From positions 117 through 64,116 of the forward strand of contig NZ_JBBIMD010000002.1 of the NCBI RefSeq assembly GCF_037444525.1: DNA of 64,000 nt, in the 5' to 3' direction. This document shows positions 9,066 through 17,741 of the stretch, one piece after another; the first letter of the stretch is position 1; every line of letters begins with the position of its first letter. The notes under the pieces were generated by a model that ran no database searches, was not told the origin of the DNA, and worked only from the letters and a program-made list of their open reading frames with translations. A program made the position numbers and the translations under genes. The stretch comes from Thermus sp. Lineage in GTDB: Bacteria > Deinococcota > Deinococci > Deinococcales > Thermaceae.

Positions 9066-10331
9066 ATGCGCATGATTGTGGAATGGACCAAGGGCAGCCC
9101 CTTGCGCCACGCCTGGAAGGAGGGGAGGCTGGTCCCTTTAGGGGAGGACCGGCCAGCCCCGGTGAACTATGGGCTCCTGCCGGGGCTCCTAAACCCCGCG
9201 GACGGGGAGGAGGTGGACGCGGTCCTCCTGGGCCCGCCCCACCCCCTGGGGGAGGCGGAGGGAGAGGTTTGGGGCCTCCTCCACCTGGAAGACGGGGACC
9301 ACAAGGTGGTCCTGGCGCCGGAAGGGTACGAGGGGGAGGACCTTGGGCCCCTCCTCGCCTGGTTCACCCCGGAAAGGGCCCCGAGGCTTTTGCCCAGGGA
9401 GGCCGCCCTGGCCTTTCTGGAGGAGAGGAGGCGGGAGCGGGACCGGTACCTGGGGGCCCTTTTGGGCTTGGCGGTAGGGGATGCCCTGGGGGCCCAGGTG
9501 GAGTTCATGCTCCAAGGGAGCTTTCCCCCCGTGGCGGAGATGAAAGGGGGTGGGCCCCACCGCTTAGGCCCCGGGGAGTGGACGGACGACACCGCCATGG
9601 CCCTCTGCCTGGCGGAAAGCCTTCTGGAAAAGGGGTTTGACCCTTTGGACCAGATGCGCTGCTACCTCCTTTGGTACCGGGAGGGGTACAACAGCCCCAA
9701 GGGGTACTGCTTTGACATCGGGACCACCACCCGCCGGGCCCTGGAAGGTTTCCTGAGGACCGGGGACCCCTTCTCGGGGCCCGAAGAAGAGAGCGCCGCA
9801 GGGAACGGGAGCCTCATGCGCCTGGCCCCCGTGGCCCTGGCTTACGCCGGAAGCCCAAGGCTTCTGGAGTACGCCCGGCTTTCCGCCCGCACCACCCACG
9901 GGGCCCGGGCCGCCTTGGAGAGCACGGAGGTCCTGGCCTGGCTTCTAGAGGGGGCCCTTCGGGGGAGGCCCAAGGCAGAGCTCCTGGCCCTAAAGCCCTT
10001 CCGGGGCAGGCCCCTCCACCCGGACGTGGCCGAGGTGGTGGAGGGAAGCTTCTGGAGGCGGGCCCAGGGGGAGGGGTACGCCCCCAGGACCCTCGAGGCC
10101 GCCCTCCACGCCTTCGTCCACACGGAAAGCTTTGAGGAGGGGATGCGCCTTGCGGTGAACCTAGGGGGGGACGCGGACACCGTGGGGGCGGTCTACGGCC
10201 AGCTGGCCGGGGCCTACTACGGCCGGGGGGCCATCCCCGAAAGGTGGCTTGAGCCCCTCTATCTGAGGGAACGGATAGAGGAGCTGGCCTTTGCCCTCTA
10301 CAGGATGAGCATGGCGTCTCCTAGGGAGTAG
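9066..10331 (+). CDS. ADP-ribosylglycohydrolase with N-terminal inorganic-pyrophosphatase-like domain
   Basis: N-terminal PVNYGLLP...DGEEVDA...DHKVV; C-terminal GLAVGDALG, WTDDT, GNGSLMRLAP, GGDADT. Confidence 0.85.
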   Translation: MRMIVEWTKGSPLRHAWKEGRLVPLGEDRPAPVNYGLLPGLLNPADGEEVDAVLLGPPHPLGEAEGEVWGLLHLEDGDHKVVLAPEGYEGEDLGPLLAWFTPERAPRLLPREAALAFLEERRRERDRYLGALLGLAVGDALGAQVEFMLQGSFPPVAEMKGGGPHRLGPGEWTDDTAMALCLAESLLEKGFDPLDQMRCYLLWYREGYNSPKGYCFDIGTTTRRALEGFLRTGDPFSGPEEESAAGNGSLMRLAPVALAYAGSPRLLEYARLSARTTHGARAALESTEVLAWLLEGALRGRPKAELLALKPFRGRPLHPDVAEVVEGSFWRRAQGEGYAPRTLEAALHAFVHTESFEEGMRLAVNLGGDADTVGAVYGQLAGAYYGRGAIPERWLEPLYLRERIEELAFALYRMSMASPRE

Positions 10332-11332
10332 AAGCGGTAGCGCTCGGCCACGGCCAAGCGGTAGGCGGCCATGGTCTTCTCGTGGCCCAAAAAGGCCGCC
10401 ACCAGCATGAGGAGGGTGGAGCGGGGCAGGTGGAAGTTGGTGAAGAGGGCATCTATGGCCTTGAAAGCGTAGGGGGGGCGGATGAAAAGCCGGGTCTCCC
10501 CCATCCCCGGCACCACCCCCTCCCCCTCCCGCCAGGCGCTCTCCAGGGCCCGCACCACGGTGGTGCCCACGGCCACCACCCGCCGCCCCTCCCGCCTGGC
10601 CCGGTTCACCGCCTCCGCGGTGGCCTCGGGGATCTCGTAGGGCTCGGCGTGCATCTCGTGCCGCTCGGGGTCCCCCTTCACGGGACGGAAGGTGCCAGGG
10701 CCCACGTGCAGGGTGAGGAAGCACACTTCCACCCCCATCCCCTTAAGCCGCTCCAAAAGCCCGGGGGTGAAGTGGAGGCCCGCGGTGGGGGCGGCCACGG
10801 AGCCCGGCCGCCGGGCGTAGACCGTCTGGTAGCGCTCCAGGGGGATCTTGGCCTTGATGTAGGGGGGCAGGGGCACCTCCCCCACCTCCTCCAGGTGGGC
10901 CAGGAGGTCCCCGTGGACGCGGAGGAGGCGGACCCCGCTCTCCTCCACCCCCACCACCTCGGCCAAGAGGCCCTCCACGGGTCTTAGGTCCCTGGGGGAG
11001 AGGAAGGCCAGCCGCGTTCCCGGGGGAGCCTTCCGGGCGGGGCCCAAAAGGGCCTCCCAAAGCCCCGGGGCCCTTTCCCGCACCAAGAGGACCTCCACCC
11101 GCCCCCCGGTGGGCTTCCTTGCCAGGAGGCGGGCCGGGATCACCTTGCTCTCGTTGAAAACCAGCACGTCCCCCGGGCGGAGGTAAAGGGGCAGGTCCCG
11201 CACCCGGCGGTGCTCGGCCCGGAAGGGGCCCTCCCGGAAGACCACCATCAGCCGGGCCCTATCCCGGGGCTCCGCGCCCTCCTGGGCGATGAGCTCCTGG
11301 GGAAGAAGGTAGTCGTAGGCCTCGAGGCTCAT
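10298..11332 (-). CDS. queA: S-adenosylmethionine:tRNA ribosyltransferase-isomerase
   Basis: PLPPYI, RYQTVYA, GSVAAPTAGLHFT, TNFHLPRSTL, YRFYSLGDAM. Confidence 0.98.
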   Translation of the reverse strand: MSLEAYDYLLPQELIAQEGAEPRDRARLMVVFREGPFRAEHRRVRDLPLYLRPGDVLVFNESKVIPARLLARKPTGGRVEVLLVRERAPGLWEALLGPARKAPPGTRLAFLSPRDLRPVEGLLAEVVGVEESGVRLLRVHGDLLAHLEEVGEVPLPPYIKAKIPLERYQTVYARRPGSVAAPTAGLHFTPGLLERLKGMGVEVCFLTLHVGPGTFRPVKGDPERHEMHAEPYEIPEATAEAVNRARREGRRVVAVGTTVVRALESAWREGEGVVPGMGETRLFIRPPYAFKAIDALFTNFHLPRSTLLMLVAAFLGHEKTMAAYRLAVAERYRFYSLGDAMLIL

Positions 11333-11865
11333 CCCTTAGGGGCCATGAAGGCGTCGGGGATGTCGGGGAGGTGGGTGAAGCGGTCCACCGCGTCGATGAG
11401 CTTCTGGGCGGTGGTCTCCCGGAAGGCGACGACCTCCACCCGGATGCCCCGCTCCATGAGGACCTCCAGGATCTCCACGAAGTCCCCGTCCCCGCTCCCC
11501 AGGACCACCACGTCCAGGTAGGGCATGAGGCGCACCATGTCCGCAGCGATGCCCATGTCCCAGTTGCCCTCGTAGATGGGCCGCCCGCCCTCCCCCATTT
11601 CCTTCAGGGTCAGGTACATGCGCCGCACCTTGTAGCCGATGGTGGAGAGCTTGTAGATGAAAGGCCAAGCGGAGGTGTCCCCTTCCTTCTCCACCACGTA
11701 GGCCGTGGCCCTGACGAGCCGCCTCCCCCCCACCGCAAAGCGGAGGAGGCTCTCAAAGTTCACGTTGCGCTCGTAGTAGTCCCGGGCGGAGTGGTAGAGG
11801 TTCTGGGTGTCCACGAAGACCCCCACCCGCTGCTCCTTGTGGTGCCCCAAGGGTTCAAGCTCCAT
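11329..11865 (-). CDS. NYN domain protein (LabA/DUF88 family)
   Basis: VFVDTQN, DMGIAAD, LGSGDGDF motifs. Confidence 0.9.
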   Translation of the reverse strand: MELEPLGHHKEQRVGVFVDTQNLYHSARDYYERNVNFESLLRFAVGGRRLVRATAYVVEKEGDTSAWPFIYKLSTIGYKVRRMYLTLKEMGEGGRPIYEGNWDMGIAADMVRLMPYLDVVVLGSGDGDFVEILEVLMERGIRVEVVAFRETTAQKLIDAVDRFTHLPDIPDAFMAPKG

Positions 11866-13174
11866 CGGCCACCATCTTAGCCAGTTCCGCCACCCTTTCC
11901 GCGAGCCTTTCCGCCACCTCCTCCACGAGCCCCTCTGGCCCCTCCACCATGACCCGCACCAGGGGCTCGGTGCCCGAGGGGCGGACATTCACCCGCCCAC
12001 GGCCCTGAAGGGCCCTTTCCGCCTCCTCCAGGGCCTCCCTCAGGGCGGGGTGGGCCATGACCTGGGCCTTGTCCACCACCCGGACGTTGCTCAGCACCTG
12101 GGGGTAGAGGGGGAGGGCCTCGTACCAGTCGGAAAGGTCCCCGCCCATCTCCTTAAGGGCCTTCAGGACGAAAAGGGCGGTGAAGAGGCCATCCCCTGTG
12201 GTGTGGTGGCGCCTTAGGATCACGTGCCCCGAAGGCTCCCCCCCAAGGTGGAGGCCCTTCTCCTTGAGCATCTCCAGCACGTACCGGTCCCCCACCGCCG
12301 CCCGGTGGAAGGCGATGCCCTCTTCCCTTAGGCGCACCTCCAGGGCCATATTGCTCATCACCGTGCCCACCACCCCCTTCTCCCCTAGGGCCTTGGCCAG
12401 GAGGTAGAGGACGTGGTCCCCGTGGAAAAGCCGCCCCCTTCGGTCCACGAAGAGGGCCCGGTCCCCATCCCCGTCAAAGGCCACCCCCAGGTCCAGGCCG
12501 AGCTCGGTCACGAAGCGGGCCAGGGCCTCGGGGTGGGTGGAGCCGCAGGCCCGGTTGATGTTCCGCCCGTCTGGGGTGTTGAAGAGGGCGAGGACCTCCG
12601 CCCCCGCCTTTTGGAAGAGCTTGGGGCCTAGGCGGTAAGTGGCCCCGTGGGCCAGGTCCAAGCCCACCTTGAGGCCCGAGAGGTCCGGGGCGTGGGCGAG
12701 GAGGAACTCCAGGTAAAGCCGCTCCGCTTCCCGGAAATCCCCCACCGTGCCCACGCCCCGTAAGGGATGGGCCTCGTCCAAGAAGGCCTCGATGGCCTCC
12801 TCCGCCTCGTCCGAGAGCTTTTCCCCGTCGGGACCGAAGAACTTGATGCCGTTATCCGTGTAAGGGTTGTGGCTGGCGGAGATCACCGCCCCCGCGGTGG
12901 CAGAAAGGGTCCGGGTGAGGTGGGCCACCCCGGGGGTGGGGAGGACCCCGAGGTGCTCCACCCTTACCCCCTGGCTCAAAAGCCCCGCGGCCAGGGCGGC
13001 CTCGAGGAGGTCGGAAGACTCCCGGGTGTCCTTCCCAAGAAGCACCACAGGCCGCCCCTCCCGCTCTCGGAAGTAGGCCCCCGCCGCCTGGCCGAGCTTT
13101 AGGACGAATTCCGGCGTCAGGGGAGGCTTGCCCACCTCTCCCCGCACGCCGTCCGTACCGAAATAGCGCCGCAT
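11855..13174 (-). CDS. glmM: Phosphoglucosamine mutase
   Basis: YFGTDGVRG, ISASHNPYTDNGIK, FDGDGDR, RPSGTEP. Confidence 0.97.
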   Translation of the reverse strand: MRRYFGTDGVRGEVGKPPLTPEFVLKLGQAAGAYFREREGRPVVLLGKDTRESSDLLEAALAAGLLSQGVRVEHLGVLPTPGVAHLTRTLSATAGAVISASHNPYTDNGIKFFGPDGEKLSDEAEEAIEAFLDEAHPLRGVGTVGDFREAERLYLEFLLAHAPDLSGLKVGLDLAHGATYRLGPKLFQKAGAEVLALFNTPDGRNINRACGSTHPEALARFVTELGLDLGVAFDGDGDRALFVDRRGRLFHGDHVLYLLAKALGEKGVVGTVMSNMALEVRLREEGIAFHRAAVGDRYVLEMLKEKGLHLGGEPSGHVILRRHHTTGDGLFTALFVLKALKEMGGDLSDWYEALPLYPQVLSNVRVVDKAQVMAHPALREALEEAERALQGRGRVNVRPSGTEPLVRVMVEGPEGLVEEVAERLAERVAELAKMVADGA

Positions 13175-13196
13175 GGAGGGCACTATACCAAAGGCG

Positions 13197-15689
13197 CTAG
13201 GCCTTGGCGGAAAGCCAGTCCTCCCCCATCCCCACCTCCACCTCCAGGGGGACGGAGAGGGGGTAGACCCCTTCCATGGTCTCCTTGGCCAGGCGGACGA
13301 TCTCCTCCGCCCGCTCCCGCGGGGCCTCCAGGACCAGCTCGTCGTGCACCTGGAGGAGGATCCTGGCCCCCTGGGGCCTAAGCTTGGGAAAGAGCTTCAC
13401 CATGGCCAGCTTCATGAGGTCCGCGGCGGTGCCCTGTACGGGCATGTTGAAGGCCATGCGCTCCGCCGCCTCCCGCACGCTTTTCACCCGGGCGCTCAAG
13501 TCAGGCACGTAGCGGCGGCGGCCGAAGAGGGTCTCCACGTACCCCTTCTTTCGCCCCTCCTCCAGGGTCTCGGCGATCCAAGCCCGCACCTTGGGGAAGC
13601 TCTGGAAGTAGCGCTCAATGAAGGCCGCCGCCTCCTCGTAAGGGATGGAAAGCTCCTGGGAAAGCCGATGGGCGGACATGCCGTAGAGCACCCCGAAGTT
13701 CACCGTCTTGGCCGCCCGGCGCATGGCGGCGTCCACCCCCTCAGGGGGCACGCCGAACATCCAGGCCGCGGTCTCCGTGTGGATGTCCTTCCCCTCCTGG
13801 AAGACCCGGATGAGGTTCTCGTCCCCCGAGAGGTGGGCGAGGACCCGGAGCTCTATTTGGCTATAGTCCAGGACCACCAGAAGATGGCCCTCCTCAGCGA
13901 TGAAGGCCTTGCGGATGCGCTGGCCTAGGGGGGTGCGCACGGGAATGTTCTGCAGGTTGGGGTCGGAGCTGGAAAGGCGGCCCGTGGCGGTGGCCGTCTG
14001 GTTGAAGCGGGTGTGGAGCCGGCCCGTCTTGGGGTGGACCAGCCTGGGCAAGGGGTCCACGTAGGTGCTCTTCAGCTTCATGAGCTCGCGGTACTCCAGG
14101 ATCCGCCCCACAATGGGGTGGGCCTCCCTTAAGAGCTCCAAGACGGCGGCGCTTGTGGAGCGCTTGCCGGTTTTTTCCGTTTTGCCGATGGGGGGAAGCC
14201 TGAGCTCATCAAAGAGGACCCGCTCCAATTGGTCCCGGGAGTTCAGATTGAAGGGGTGGCCCGCTAAGCGGTGGATCTCGGCCTCGAGGCGCTCAAGCTC
14301 AAAGGAAAGCTCCTGGGAAAGGGCCTCGAGGTAGGCCACGTCCAGCCGCACCCCCGTGGCCTCCATGTGGGCGAGGACCTGGGCGAGGGGCCGCTCCACC
14401 TCCCGGTATAGCCAAAGGAGCCGTTCCTCCTCCGCCACCCGGGGGTGGAGGGTCTGCCAGAGCCTTTCCGAAAGGAGGGCCCGGAGGGCGGCGTCCTCCT
14501 GCCACTCCCCCCCGTAGCGCCGGGCCACCCCTTCGGGGTTGGTGTTTCCCGGGTCCAGGAGGTAGGCGAGGAGCATGGGGTCGTCCCCCAGGGGGATCTC
14601 CAAGCCTTCCCGCAAGGCCAGCACCGCCAGGTCCTTGGCCAAAAGGCCCCGGATCTCCTTCAGGTCCCCTAGCGCGACCACAGGGGCTTCCGCCCGGTGG
14701 ACCCGCCCCCCGAGGGCCCCGGAGAGGGCCAGAAGCTCCGCCCACATGGGCTCGGGCCGGGAGAGGAGGAAGCCTAGGAAAGCCCCTTCCGGGGGGGGCC
14801 AGGGGGCCTCCTCCACCTCCTTGGGGGCCTCTAGGAGGCCGAACTCGTGGAGGAGGCTTCCGAACTCAAGCCGCTCCAGGAAGGCCTTAAGCCCTTCCCG
14901 GTCGGGGGCCCGCCTCCTCGCAAAGTCCACCTCCAGGGGGAGGTCCGTGCGCAGGCGGGAAAGCTCCAGGGACATCTGGAGTTTATCCAGGTTGTTCTGG
15001 ATGGCCTCCCGCACCCTTTCCGGCTTCACTCGGTCCAGGTTCTTTAGTATCTCCTCCAGGCTCCCCCACTCCTTCAGCAGTTTGAGGGCGGTCTTCTCCC
15101 CGATGCCCGGCACCCCGGGGAGGTTGTCCGAGGGGTCTCCGGTAAGGGCCCGAAAGTCCACCCACTGCTCGGGGGTGAGGCCGTAGCGCTCGTAAAGCCA
15201 CTTTGGGGTCAGGACCTCCCCCTCGGGGTGGAGGAGGTGGACCTGGGGGGAAAGGAGCTGGTAGAGGTCGCGGTCCGCGCTCAGGATGCGCACCTCGTAC
15301 CCCTCCCTCTCCGCCTTCTTGGCCAAAGTGGCCAAGACGTCGTCCGCCTCAAAGCCCGGGACCTCGAGGCGCACGAGGCCCAAAAGGTCCACCAGCTCCT
15401 TGATGAGGGCAAGCTGACGGGGAAAGTCCTCCGGGGTGGGGGCCCGGCCCGCCTTGTAGGCCTCGTAAGCCTCGTGGCGGAAGGAGGGGGCCTTGGCATC
15501 AAAGACCACGATGGCCACCTCCCCGTCCTCCTTAAGGGCCTTAAGGAGGCTTTTGGCGAAGCCATAGACCGCCTGCACAGGTTCGCCCCGGCTGGTGGTG
15601 AGGCCTTTTAGGGCGAAAAAGGTGCGGTAGGCCAGGTGGTGGCCGTCCACCAGGAGGACCCGGCCTTTGGGTTCAAAGAGGGGCCGCAT
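13197..15689 (-). CDS. polA: DNA polymerase I (Taq-like family A)
   Basis: 5'-nuclease LLVDGHHLAY, motif A DYSQIELR, motif B RRAAKTVNFGVLYG, motif C QVHDE. Confidence 0.99.
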   Translation of the reverse strand: MRPLFEPKGRVLLVDGHHLAYRTFFALKGLTTSRGEPVQAVYGFAKSLLKALKEDGEVAIVVFDAKAPSFRHEAYEAYKAGRAPTPEDFPRQLALIKELVDLLGLVRLEVPGFEADDVLATLAKKAEREGYEVRILSADRDLYQLLSPQVHLLHPEGEVLTPKWLYERYGLTPEQWVDFRALTGDPSDNLPGVPGIGEKTALKLLKEWGSLEEILKNLDRVKPERVREAIQNNLDKLQMSLELSRLRTDLPLEVDFARRRAPDREGLKAFLERLEFGSLLHEFGLLEAPKEVEEAPWPPPEGAFLGFLLSRPEPMWAELLALSGALGGRVHRAEAPVVALGDLKEIRGLLAKDLAVLALREGLEIPLGDDPMLLAYLLDPGNTNPEGVARRYGGEWQEDAALRALLSERLWQTLHPRVAEEERLLWLYREVERPLAQVLAHMEATGVRLDVAYLEALSQELSFELERLEAEIHRLAGHPFNLNSRDQLERVLFDELRLPPIGKTEKTGKRSTSAAVLELLREAHPIVGRILEYRELMKLKSTYVDPLPRLVHPKTGRLHTRFNQTATATGRLSSSDPNLQNIPVRTPLGQRIRKAFIAEEGHLLVVLDYSQIELRVLAHLSGDENLIRVFQEGKDIHTETAAWMFGVPPEGVDAAMRRAAKTVNFGVLYGMSAHRLSQELSIPYEEAAAFIERYFQSFPKVRAWIAETLEEGRKKGYVETLFGRRRYVPDLSARVKSVREAAERMAFNMPVQGTAADLMKLAMVKLFPKLRPQGARILLQVHDELVLEAPRERAEEIVRLAKETMEGVYPLSVPLEVEVGMGEDWLSAKA

Positions 15690-15692
15690 CCC

Positions 15693-16256
15693 TCACATTC
15701 TAAGGACCCGGCCCCGGGTGGCTTCCTTGAGGGCCTGGGCCACCGCCTCGAGGCGGTCCCTTGGGAGCCTCAGGCGGAGGAGAACCCCGTCCTCCCGGTA
15801 CTCCTCCACCGCGGATAGGCCCCTAAGGGCCCGGTAGGCCGCCCCAAGCTCGGAGAAGGGGACCAGGAAGGCCGCCTCGGCCCAGTCCACGATGGGGGCC
15901 TTCTCCGCCCGCCTCAGGGCCTCCGCGGCCACCCCCCCATAGGCCCGCACCAGCCCCCCCGCCCCGAGCTTCACCCCCCCGAAGTAGCGCACCACCACCA
16001 CCGCCACCCGGTCCAGGCCCTGGGCCTCTATGGCGTGGAGGATGGGGCGGCCCGCGGTGCCGCCCGGCTCCCCATCGTCGGAGAAGCGGTAGAGGGGACC
16101 GATCTTGTAGGCGTAGGGGTTGTGGGTGGCCTCCTCCTCCCGGGCCGCCTTCAGAAAGGCCAAGGCCTCCTCCTCCGAGGCCACGGGGGCCACCTTGGCG
16201 ATGAAGCGGCTTTTTCCGATGATCTCCTCGTACGCTAAGGGTTTCGCTAAGGTCAA
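15693..16256 (-). CDS. YigZ/IMPACT family protein
   Basis: KSRFIA, FSDDGEPGGTAG, RYFGGVKLGAGGLVRAY; probable TTG start at 16256 overlapping the vapC stop. Confidence 0.9.
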   Translation of the reverse strand: MTLAKPLAYEEIIGKSRFIAKVAPVASEEEALAFLKAAREEEATHNPYAYKIGPLYRFSDDGEPGGTAGRPILHAIEAQGLDRVAVVVVRYFGGVKLGAGGLVRAYGGVAAEALRRAEKAPIVDWAEAAFLVPFSELGAAYRALRGLSAVEEYREDGVLLRLRLPRDRLEAVAQALKEATRGRVLRM

Positions 16257-16678
16257 GGCACCTCTCCCAAAGGCTGAATCCAAGGCACCCCCTGGGCGCG
16301 CAGGGCATGGACCAGTTCCAAGTCCGCCGGTAGAAGCTGAGCTCCTTTATCTTCCGCTAAGGCCACATAAAAAGCTTCGTAGGCCCGTTTTTGACCCAAG
16401 ACCTCCGCCCAGCGCAAAGCGCGAAAGGCTAGAGCTTCATCCTCGGCGAAGTGGTCGGGAAGCCCAAGAAGAGCCTCCAAGATCTCTTCCGCCTCCCTCT
16501 GCACCATCCTGCGAACAAACACGAGGGTACGGAGAACCGAGGCCACTTCCGCGACAAAAAGCCGAGGCACCCACACTTCTCCTTTTGGAGCCTCCTCCCG
16601 CCAAAAGGCCTCCGCCTCCTTCTGCGCCAGATGCGGCAGGGCAAGGGAAGCGTCAACCACCCAGCAAACCTTGGACAC
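16253..16678 (-). CDS. PIN-domain toxin (VapC family)
   Basis: WVVDAS, AEVAS, AYEAFYVALA, PAD; directly downstream of a small antitoxin-like gene. Confidence 0.85.
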   Translation of the reverse strand: MSKVCWVVDASLALPHLAQKEAEAFWREEAPKGEVWVPRLFVAEVASVLRTLVFVRRMVQREAEEILEALLGLPDHFAEDEALAFRALRWAEVLGQKRAYEAFYVALAEDKGAQLLPADLELVHALRAQGVPWIQPLGEVP

Positions 16679-16928
16679 GCCCTTCCCTCACCTCTTCTAA
16701 AAGACTCTCCAAACTCAGGCCCCCTAAGGAAACCCGCTCCCTAAGGTAAGAAAGCCGCCTTAAAGCTTCAGCCCTGGAAACCTCCCGAAGGCCTTTGTCC
16801 ACAAGCTCCCGGAGCACTTCGCTGGGGCTTACCCGGCGGCCTCGCTCCCGGCTCAGCTCCTGGGCTAGACCCTTAAGCCGGATCCACTGGTCCTCTTCCA
16901 GAGAAACCCGAATCCGACGGTACCCCAT
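16653..16928 (-). CDS. Putative ribbon-helix-helix antitoxin (VapB-like)
   Basis: RRIRVSL beta-strand then helices SPSEVLRELV; overlaps the PIN gene; TAGAAT 6 nt before ATG. Confidence 0.7.
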   Translation of the reverse strand: MGYRRIRVSLEEDQWIRLKGLAQELSRERGRRVSPSEVLRELVDKGLREVSRAEALRRLSYLRERVSLGGLSLESLLEEVREGRVQGLLGG

Positions 16929-16937
16929 AAGAGCATT

Positions 16938-17732
16938 CTACCCCTCCTCCAAAGCCCTTAGGGCCACCCGCTCCATGCCCAAAGGATCGGGCAGGAACCC
17001 CGTCCAGATCCGGAAGGCCAAGGCCCCCTGCCAGGCCAGCATGGGAAGGCCGGTCTGCACGCCTAGACCCCGGGCTTGGGCCTCCTTTAGGAAGCGGGTC
17101 CAAAGGGGGCGGTAGACCAGGTCCACGGCCACCCCCTCTTCGGGAAAGAGCTCTGGGGGCAGGGGGGTGGCCCCGGGATCGTTTAGGCCCACCGAGGTGG
17201 CGTTCACCAGGAGGTAGGCCGCCCGCGCCGCCTCCAAGGGCACCGCCTCCAGGCCCATCTCCTCCGCCAGGGCCTGGGCCCTTTCCGGGGTGCGGTTCCA
17301 GACCCAGACCTCGAGGCCCGCCCCCTTCAGGGCGTAGGCCACGGCCCGCCCCGCCCCCCCGGCCCCCAGGACCAGGGCGGGGCCCCTTAGGGGGAAGCCC
17401 CCAGCTTTCAAGGCCTCCAGGAAGCCAGGCGCGTCCGTGTTGAAGCCGAGGAGGTGCCCCTCCACCACCAGGACCGTGTTCACCGCCCCGATGGCCCGGG
17501 CCTCGGGAGAAGCCCAGTCCAGAAGGGGAAGGGCCCTTTCCTTAAGGGGCACGGTGAGGTTCACCCCCCGGTACCCCTGGCGGACCTCCTCGAGCCTTGC
17601 GGGAAGGTCCTCTGGGGGGGTGTCCAGGGCCTGGTAGGCGCCTTCTAGGCTCAAGGCGGAAAGGGCCCAGGCGTGCATGGCCGGGGAGAGGGAGTGGGCA
17701 ATGGGATGGCCCAAGACCGCCAGGCGGAGCAT
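16938..17732 (-). CDS. aroE: Shikimate dehydrogenase
   Basis: GHPIAHSLSP, NLTVPLK, GAVNT, NTDAPG, GAGGAG, NRT. Confidence 0.97.
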   Translation of the reverse strand: MLRLAVLGHPIAHSLSPAMHAWALSALSLEGAYQALDTPPEDLPARLEEVRQGYRGVNLTVPLKERALPLLDWASPEARAIGAVNTVLVVEGHLLGFNTDAPGFLEALKAGGFPLRGPALVLGAGGAGRAVAYALKGAGLEVWVWNRTPERAQALAEEMGLEAVPLEAARAAYLLVNATSVGLNDPGATPLPPELFPEEGVAVDLVYRPLWTRFLKEAQARGLGVQTGLPMLAWQGALAFRIWTGFLPDPLGMERVALRALEEG

Positions 17733-17741
17733 GCCCCCATC

